Source of the DNA: Eledone cirrhosa
Taxonomy: Eukaryota
Reading direction: 5' to 3'
DNA length: 64,000 nt
NCBI GenBank assembly: GCA_964016885.1
Contig: CAXHJY010000973.1
Span: 496,001-560,000, forward strand
Part shown: positions 54,401 through 64,000 of the stretch, one piece after another
Layout: each line of letters starts with the position of its first letter
How positions within the stretch are numbered: position 1 is the stretch's first letter
Notes under the pieces: model-generated
Seen by the model: the letters and a program-made list of their open reading frames with translations, nothing else
What the model was told of the DNA's origin: nothing
The model's database searches: none
Position numbers and translations under genes: made by a program

Positions 54401-57400
54401 TACTCCAGTGTAACTATATTAACTACTCTCTACTGCAGTGTAACTATATTAACTACTATGTACACCAGTGTAACCATATTATTAACTACTCTGTACTCCA
54501 GTGTAACCCTATTATTAACTACTCTGTACTCCAGTGTAACTATATTAACTACTCTGTACTCCAGTGAAACAATATTAACTAATCTGTACTCCAGTGTAAC
54601 CATAGTAACTACTCTCTACTCAGGTGTAACCATATTAACTACGCTGTACTCCAGTGTAACCATATTAACTACGCTGTACTCCAGTGTAACCATATTAACT
54701 ACGCTGTACTCCAGTGTAACCATATTAACTACGCTGTACTCCTGTGTAACTATATTAACTACTCTGTACCCCAGTGTAACTATATTAACTACTCTATACT
54801 CCAGTGAAACAATATTAACTACGCTGTACTCCAGTGTAACCATATTAACTACTCTGTACTTCAGTGTAACCTATTATTAACTACTCTCTACTCCAGTGTA
54901 ACCATATTAACTACTCTGTACTTCAGTGTAACCCTATTATTAACTACTCTGTACTTCAGTGTAACCCTATTATTAACTACTCTGTACTCCAGTGTAACTA
55001 TATTAACTACTCTCTACTCCAGTGTAACTATATTAACTACTCTCTACTCCAGTGTAACTATATTAACTACTCTCTCCTCCAGTGTAACCATATTAACTAC
55101 TCTATACTCCAGTGTAACCATATTAACTACTCTCTACTCCAGTGTAACTATATTAACTACTCTATACTCCAGTATAACCATATTAACTACTCTATACTCT
55201 AGTGTAACCATATTAACTACTCTATACTCCAGTGTAACCATATTACCTACTCTCTACTCCAGTGTAACTATATTACCTACTCTCTACTCCAGTGTAACTA
55301 TATTAAGTACTCTCTACTCCAGTGTAACTATATTAACTACTCTGTACTCCAGTGTAACCATATTAACTACTATGTACTCTAATGTAACTATATTAACTAC
55401 TCTCTACTCCAGTGTAACTATATTATTAACTATTCTGTACTCCAGTGTAACTATATTACCTACTCTATACTCCAGTGTAACTATATTAACTATTCATTAC
55501 TCCAGTGTAACTATATTAACTATTCTTTACTCCAGTGTAACTATATTAACTACTCTGTACTCCAGTGTAACCATATTAACTACTCTGTACTTCAGTGTAA
55601 CTATATTAACTACTCTGTACTCCAGTGTAACTATATTAACTACTCTATACTCCAGTGAAACAATATTAACTACTCTGTACGCCAGTGTAACTATATTAAC
55701 TACTCTCTACTCCAGTGTAACTATATTAACTACTCTTTACTCCAGTGTAACTATATTAACTACTCTGTACCCCAGTGTAACTATATTAACTACTCTGTAC
55801 TCCAGTGTAACTATATTAACTACTCTGTACTCCAGTGTAACCATATTAACTACTCTGTACTCCAGTGTAACCATACTAACTACTCTGTACTCCAGTGTAA
55901 CCATATTAACTACTCTCTACACCAGTGTAACTATATTAACTACTCTCTACTCCAGTGTAACCAGATTAACTACTCTGTACTTCAGTGTAACTATATTAAC
56001 TACTCTGTACTCCAGTGTAACTATATTAACTACTCTATACTCCAGTGTAACCATATTAACTACTCTATACTCCAGTGTAACCATATTAACTACTCTATAC
56101 TCTAGTGTAACCATATTAACTACTCTATACTCCAGTGTAACCATATTAACTACTCTGTACTCCAGTGTAACCATATTAACTACTGTCTACTCCAGTGTAA
56201 CTATATTAACTACTCTCTACTCCAGTGAAACCATATTAACTACTCTGTACTTCAGTGTAACTATATTAACTACTCTGTACTCCAGTGTAACTATATTAAC
56301 TACTCTCTACTCCAGTGTAACCATATTAACTACTCTGAACTCCAGTGTAACTATATTAACTTCTCTCTACTCCAGTGTAACTATATTAACTACTCTCTAC
56401 TCAAGTGTAACCATATTAACTACTCTCTACTCAAGTGTAACCATATTAACTACTCTGTACTCCAGTGTAACTATATTAACTACTCTCTACTCCAGTGTAA
56501 CTATATTAACTACTCTCTACTCCAGTGTAACTATATTAACTACTCTATACTCCAGTGTAACTATATTAACTATTCTTTACTCCAGTGTAACTATATTAAC
56601 TACTCTGTACTCCAGTGTAACCATATTAACTACTCTGTACTTCAGTGTAACTATATTAACTACTCTCTACTCCAGTGTAACTATATTAACTACTCTCTAC
56701 TCCTGTGTAACTATATTAACTACTCTGTACCCCAGTGTAACTATATTAACTACTCTGTACTCCAGTGTAACTATATTAACTACTCTATACTCCAGTGAAA
56801 CAATATTAACTACTTTGTACTCCAGTGTAACCATATTATTAACTACTCTGTACTCCGGTGTAACTATATTAAATACTATCTACTCCAGTGTAACTATATT
56901 ACCTACTCTCTACTCCAGTGTAACTATATTAACTACTCTCTACTCCAGTGTAACTATATTAACTACTCTCTACTCCAGTGTAACTATATTAACTACTCTC
57001 TACTCCAGTGTAACTATATTAACTACTCTCTACTCCAGCGTAACTATATTAACTACTCTTTACTCCAGTGTAACTATATTAACTACTCTTTACTCCAGTG
57101 TAACTATATTAACTACTCTCTACTCCAGTGTAACTATATTAACTACTCTCTACTCCAGTGTAACCATATTAACTACTCTGAACTCCAGTGTAACTATATT
57201 AACTTCTCTCTACTCCAGTGTAACTATATTAACTACTCTCTACTCAAGTGTAACCATATTAACTACTCTCTACTCAAGTGTAACCATATTAACTACTCTG
57301 TACTCCAGTGTAACTATATTAACTACTCTCTACTCCAGTGTAACTATATTAACTACTCTCTACTCCAGTGTAACTATATTAACTACTCTATACTCCAGTG

Positions 57401-58715
57401 TAACTATATTAACTATTCTTTACTCCAGTGTAACTATATTAACTACTCTGTACTCCAGTGTAACCATATTAACTACTCTGTACTTCAGTGTAACTATATT
57501 AACTACTCTCTACTCCAGTGTAACTATATTAACTACTCTCTACTCCTGTGTAACTATATTAACTACTCTGTACCCCAGTGTAACTATATTAACTACTCTG
57601 TACTCCAGTGTAACTATATTAACTACTCTATACTCCAGTGAAACAATATTAACTACTTTGTACTCCAGTGTAACCATATTATTAACTACTCTGTACTCCG
57701 GTGTAACTATATTAAATACTATCTACTCCAGTGTAACTATATTACCTACTCTCTACTCCAGTGTAACTATATTAACTACTCTCTACTCCAGTGTAACTAT
57801 ATTAACTACTCTCTACTCCAGTGTAACTATATTAACTACTCTCTACTCCAGTGTAACTATATTAACTACTCTCTACTCCAGCGTAACTATATTAACTACT
57901 CTTTACTCCAGTGTAACTATATTAACTACTCTTTACTCCAGTGTAACTATATTAACTACTCTCTACTCCAGTGTAACTATATTAACTACTCTCTACTCCA
58001 GTGTAACTATATTAACTACTCTGTACTTCAGTGTAACTATATTAACTACTCTGTACCCCAGTGTAACTATATTAACTACTCTCAACTCCAGTGTAACTAT
58101 ATTAACTACTCTCTACTCCAGTGTAACTATATTAACTACTCTGTACTCCAGTGTAACTATATTAACTACTCTGTACCCCAGTGTAACTATATTAACTACT
58201 CTCTACTCCAGTGTAACTATATTAACTACTCTCTACTCCAGTGTAACTATATTAACTACTCTCTACTCCAGTGTAACTATATTAACTACTATGTACACCA
58301 GTGTAACCATATTATTAACTACTCTGTACTCCAGTGTAACCCTATTATTAACTACTCTGTACTCCAGTGTAACTATATTAACTACTCTGTACTCCAGTGA
58401 AACAATATTAACTAATCTGTACTCCAGTGTAACCATCGTAACTACTCTCTACTCAGGTGTAACCATATTAACTACGCTGTACTCCAGTGTAACCATATTA
58501 ACTACGCTGTACTCCAGTGTAACCATATTAACTACGCTGTACTCCAGTGTAACTATATTAACTACTCTGTACCCCAGTGTAACTATATTAACTACTCCGT
58601 ACCCCAGTGTAACTATATTAACTACTCTATACTCCAGTGAAACAATATTAACTACGCTGTACTCCAGTGTAACCATATTAACTACTCTGTACTTCAGTGT
58701 AACCTATTATTAACT
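51471..58715. repeat. Higher-order blocks of the 30-mer (1397, 1997 and 3833 bp) delimited by a 32-bp variant monomer
   Basis: GTAACCTATTATTAAC occurs at ~51472, 52869, 54866 and 58699. ATGTACTCTAATG occurs at 51978, 53375 and 55372. The order of variant monomers is repeated between blocks. Confidence 0.88.
56311..57996. repeat. 843-bp (28-monomer) tandem duplication in the 30-mer array
   Basis: CTGAACTCC variant at 56338/57181 and TCCGGTG variant at 56857/57700, both +843 (27x30+33). Boundaries are approximate. Confidence 0.85.
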
Positions 58716-61700
58716 ACTCTCTACTCCAGTGTAACCATATTAACTACTCTGTACTTCAGTGTAACCCTATTATTAACTACTCTGTACTTCAGTGTAACCC
58801 TATTATTAACTACTCTGTACTCCAGTGTAACTATATTAACTACTCTCTACTCAAGTGTAACTATATTAACTACTCTCTACTCCAGTGTAACTATATTACC
58901 TACTCTCTACTCCAGTGTAACTATATTAACTATTCTGTACGCCAGTGTAACTATATTAACTACTCTGTACTCCAGTGTAACTATATTAACTATTCTGTAC
59001 GCCAGTGTAACTATATTAACTACTCTATACTCCAGTGTAACTATATTAACTATTCTTTACTCCAGTGTAACTATATTAACTACTCTCTACTCCAGTGTAA
59101 CTATATTAACTACTCTCTACTCCAGTGTAACTATATTAGCTACTCTGTACTTCAGTGTAACTATATTAACTACTCTCTACTCCAGTGTAACTATATTAAC
59201 TATTCTTTACTCCAGTGTAACTATATTAACTACTCTCTACTCCAGTGTAACTATATTAACTACTCTGTACTCCAGTGTAACTATATTAACTACTCTGTAA
59301 CCCAGTGTAACTATATTAACTACTCTCTACTCCAGTGTAACTATATTAACTACTCTCTACTCCAGTGTAACTATATTAACTACTCTATACTCCAGTGTAA
59401 CTATATTAACTACTCTCTACTCCAGTGTAACTACATTAACTATTCTGTACTCCAGTGTAACTATATTAACTACTCTCTACTCCAGTGTAACTATATTAAC
59501 TACTCTCTACTCCAGTGTAACTATATTAACTACTCTATACTCCAGTGTAACTATATTAACTATTCTTTACTCCAGTGTAACTATATTAACTACTCTCTAC
59601 TCCAGTGTAACTATATTAACTACTCTCTACTCCAGTGTAACTATATTAGCTACTCTGTACTTCAGTGTAACTATATTAACTACTCTCTACTCCAGTGTAA
59701 CTATATAAACTACTCTGTACCCCAGTGTAACTATATTAACTACTCTGTACTCCAGTGTAACTATATTAACTACTCTATACTCCAGTGAATCAATATTAAC
59801 TACTATGTACACCAGTGTAACCATATTATTAACTACTCTGTACTCCAGTGTAACCCTATTATTAACTACTCTGTACTCCAGTGTAACTATATTGACTACT
59901 CTGTACTCCAGTGAAACAATATTAACTAATCTGTACGCCAGTGTAACCATAGTAACTACACTCTACTCCAGTGTAACCATATTAACTACGCTGTACTCCA
60001 GTGTAACCATATTGACTACGCTGTACTCCAGTGTAACCATATTAACTACTCTGTACTCCAGTGTAACTATATTAACTACTCTATACTCTAGTGTAACTAT
60101 TAACTACTCTGTACTTCAGTGTAACTATATTAACTACTCTGTACTTCAATGTAACTATATTAACTACTCTGTACTTCAGTGTAACTATATTAACTACTCT
60201 GTACTCCAGTGTAACTATATTAACTACTCTGTACTCCAGTGTAACTATATTAACTACTCTCTACTCCAGTGTAACAATATTACCTACTCTCTACTCCAGT
60301 GTAACTATATTAACTACTCTCTACTCCAGTGTAACTATATTACCTACTCTCTACTCCAGTGTAACTATATTAACTACTCTGTACTCCAGTGTAACCATAT
60401 TAACTACTCTGTAATCCAGTGTAACTATAGTAACTACTCTGTACGCCAGTGTAACCATATTAACTACTCTGTACTCCAGTGTCACCGTATTAACTACTCT
60501 ATACTTCAGTGTAACTATATTAACTACTCTCTACTCCAGTGTAACTATGTTATTAACTACTCTGTACTCCAGTGTAACTATATTATTAACTACTCTGTAC
60601 TCCAGTGTAACTATATTACCTACTCTATACTCCAGTTTAACTATATTAACTACTCTCTACTCCAGTGTAACTATATTAACTACTCTCTACTCCAGTGTAA
60701 CTATTTTAACTACTCTGTACTCCAGTGTGACTATATTAACTACTCTCTACTCCAGTGTAACTATATTAACTACTCTGTACTCCAATGTAACTATATTAAC
60801 TACTCTGTACTCCAATGTAACTATATTAACTACTCTCTACTCCAGTGTAACTATATTAACTACTCTATACTCCAGTGTAACGATATTAACTATTTTTTAC
60901 TCCATTGTAACTATATTAACTATTCTTTACTCCAGTGTAACTATATTAACTACTCTGTACTCCAGTGTAACCATATTAACTACTCTGTACTTCAGTGTCA
61001 CTATATTAACTACTCTCTACTCCATTGTAACTATATTAACTACTCTCCACTCCAGTGTAACTATATTAACTACTCTGTAGTCCAGTGTAACTATATTAAC
61101 TACTCTATACTCCAGTGAAACAATATTAACTACTATGTACACCAGTGTAACCATATTATTAACTACTCTGTACTCCAGTGTAACTATATTAACTACTCTG
61201 TACTCCAGTGAAACAATATTAACTAATTTGTACTCCAGTGTAACCATAGTAACTACTCTCTACTCCAGTGTAACCATATTAACTACGCTGTACTCCAGTG
61301 TAACCATATTAACTACGCTGTACTCCAGTGTAACCATATTAACTACGCTGTACTCCAGTGTAACTATATTAACTACTCTGTACTCCAGTGTAACTATATT
61401 AACTACTCTGTACCCCAGTGTAACTATATTAACTACTCTATACTCCAGTGAAACAATATTTACTACTCTCTACTCCAGTGTAACCATATTAACTACTCTG
61501 TACTTCAGTGTAACTCTATTATTAACTACTCTGTACTCCAGTGTAACTATATTAACTACTCTCTACTCCAGTGTAACTATATTAACTACTCTCTACTCCA
61601 GTGTAACTATATTACCTACTCTCTACTCCAGTGTAACTATATTACATATTCTCTACTCCAGTGTAACTATATTAACTACTCTGTAATCCAGTGTAACTAT

Positions 61701-64000
61701 AGTAACTACTCTGTACCCCAGTGTAACGATATTAACTACTCTGTACTCCAGTGTAACTATATTAACTACTCTGTACTCCAGTGTAACTATATTAACTACT
61801 CTGTACTCCAGTGTAACTATATTAACTACTCTCTACTCCAGTGTAACTATATTAACTACTCTCTACTCCAGTGTAACCATATTAACTACTCTGTACTCCA
61901 GTGTCACCATATTAACTACTCTATACTTCAGTGTAACTATATTAACTACTCTCTACTCCAGTTTAACTATATTAACTACTCTCTACTCCAGTGTAACTAT
62001 ATTAACTACTCTCTACTCCAGTGTAACTATATTAACTACTCTCTACTCCAGTGTAACTATATTAACTACTCTGTACTCCAGTGTAACTATATTAACTACT
62101 CTCTACACCAGTGTAACTATATTAACTACTCTGTACTCCAGTGTAACTATATTAACTACTCTCTACTCCAGTGTAACTATATTAACTACTCTATACTCCA
62201 GTGTAACGATATTAACTACTCTTTACTCCAGTGTAACTATATTAACTACTCTGTACTCCAGTGTAACCATATTAACTACTCTGTACTTCAGTGTAACTAT
62301 ATTAACTACTCTCTACTCCAGTGTAACTATATAAACTACTCTACTCCAGTGTAATTATATTAACTACTCTGTACCCCAGTGTAACTATATTAACTACTCT
62401 GTACTCCAGTGTAACTATATTAACTACTCTGTACCCCAGTGTAACTATATTAACTACTCTGTACTCCAGTGTAACTATATTAACTACTCTCTACTCCAGT
62501 GTAACTATATTAACTACTCTGTACTCCAGTGTAACTATATTAACTACTCTCTACACCAGTGTAACTATATTAACTACTCTGTACTCCAGTGTAACCATAT
62601 TAACTACTCTGTACTTCAGTGTAACTATATTAACTACTCTCTACTCCATTGTAACTATATTAACTACTCTCAACTCCAGTGAAACAATATTAACTACGCT
62701 GTAGTCCAGTGTAACCATATTAACTACTCTGTACTTCAGTGTAACCCTATTATTAACTAATCTCTACTCCAGTGTAACCATATTAACTACTCTGTACTTC
62801 AGTGTAACTCTATTATTAACTACTCTGTACTCCAGTGTAACTATATTAACTACTCTCTACTCCAGTGTAACTATATTAACTACTCTGTACTCCAGTGTAA
62901 CTATATTAACTACTCTGTAATCCAGTGTAACTATATTAACTACTCTCTACTCCAGTGTAACTATATTAACTACTCTGTACCCCAGTGTAACTATATTAAC
63001 TACTCTCTACTCCAGTGTAACCATAGTAACTACTCTCTACTCCAGTGTAACTATATTAACTACTCTATACTCCAGTGTAACTATATTAAATATTCTTTAC
63101 TCCAGTGTAACCATATTAACTACTCTGTACTCCAGTGTAACCATATTAACTACTCTATACTTCAGTGTAACTATATTAACTACTCTCTACTCCAGTGTAA
63201 CTATATTATTAACTACTCTGTACTCCAGTGTAACTATATTACCTACTCTATACTCCAATGTAACTATATTAACTATTCTTTACTCCAGTGTAACTATATT
63301 AACTACTCTGTACTCCAGTGTAACCATATTAACTACTCTGTACTTCAGTGTAACTATATTAACTACTCTCTACTCCAGTGTAACTATATAAACTACTCTC
63401 TACTCCAGTGTAATTATATTAACTACTCTGTACCCCAGTGTAACTATATTAACTACTCTGTACTCCAGTGTAACTATATTAACTACTCTCTACTCCAGTG
63501 TAACTATATTAACTACTCTCTACTCCAGTTTAACTATATTAACTACTCTCTACTCCAGTGTAACTATATTAACTACTCTCTACTCCAGTGTAACTATATT
63601 AACTACTCTCTACTCCAGTGTAAATATATTAACTACTCTGTACTCCAGTGTAACTATATTAACTACTCTCTACACCAGTGTAACTATATTAACTACTCTG
63701 TACTCCCGTGTAACTATATTAACTACTCTCTACTCCAGTGTAACTATATTAACTACTCTATACTCCAGTGTAACGATATTAACTATTCTTTACTCCAGTG
63801 TAATTATATTAACTATTCTTTACTCCAGTGTAACTATATTAACTACTCTGTACTCCAGTGTAACCATATTAACTACTCTGTACTTCAGTGTAACTATATT
63901 AACTACTCTCTACTCCATTGTAACTATATTAACTACTCTCAACTCCAGTGTAACTATATTAACTACTCTGTACCCCAGTGTAACTATATCAACTACTCTG

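Larger units (their letters stand above)
49191..64000. repeat. 30-bp tandem satellite/minisatellite array (~490 monomers, truncated by the right window edge)
   Basis: Unit TACTCCAGTGTAACYATATTAACTACTCTN occurs twice per 60-nt line in constant register. Length variants are 33 bp (TATTATT), 32 bp (GTAACCTATTATT) and 28 bp (~60100, ~62340). Confidence 0.99.

Noticed and set aside
52619-61247. Short - strand ORFs (VTLEYSVVN repeats)
   Set aside because: They are open only across runs lacking the CTCTAC allele, which reads TAG on the reverse strand. This is an artefact of allele runs.
49182-61686. All + strand ORFs in the track (TILTTLYSSV and NYINYSLLQC repeats, up to 1113 aa) as protein-coding genes
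   Set aside because: A 30-bp unit without stops in two + frames produces long ORFs automatically. Starts and ends coincide with variant monomers, overlapping frames are open at the same time, and there is no unique domain. Kept only as a low-probability finding.
49191-64000. Telomeric repeat array
   Set aside because: There are no TTAGGG/TTAGG-type G-run motifs, and the many internal alleles and HOR blocks fit recombination-driven evolution rather than telomerase-templated synthesis.
1-64000. Embedded transposon, inversion or unique island hidden in the arrays
   Set aside because: The register is accounted for throughout by marker spacings and the listed small indels. I saw no non-repeat segment or strand switch.
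1-64000. Assignment to a named satellite family, CENP-B box or taxon
   Set aside because: I do not recognise either monomer and saw no CENP-B box (TTCG....A..CGGG). A Dfam, Repbase or BLAST search would be required.

Overview
The whole window is tandem repeat and looks like eukaryotic satellite DNA; I cannot identify the organism or family. Positions 1..~49190 are about 807 copies of a 61-bp monomer (consensus ATGGAACAAACTACCTGCATCAGTTGTTAGCTGTTGAGACACTGCATCCTTTAAAACCTCC, ~43% GC). Positions ~49191..64000 are about 490 copies of a 30-bp monomer (consensus TACTCCAGTGTAACTATATTAACTACTCTS, ~33-35% GC). The two arrays meet directly with no unique sequence between them, and each keeps one orientation. 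Both show nested higher-order structure traceable with diagnostic variants: 183-bp trimers, 30-39-monomer blocks and 4-5 kb duplications in the 61-mer, and 843, 1397 and 1997 bp blocks in the 30-mer. I found no credible gene, RNA gene, CRISPR array or mobile element. The listed ORFs arise from the 3n-periodic 30-mer. The most notable points are the sharp microhomology junction, the apparent relatedness of the two monomers (including an aligned hypervariable base), the nested variable-length higher-order repeats, and a synonymous-looking variant bias in one reading register of the 30-mer. All counts and spacings were read by eye.
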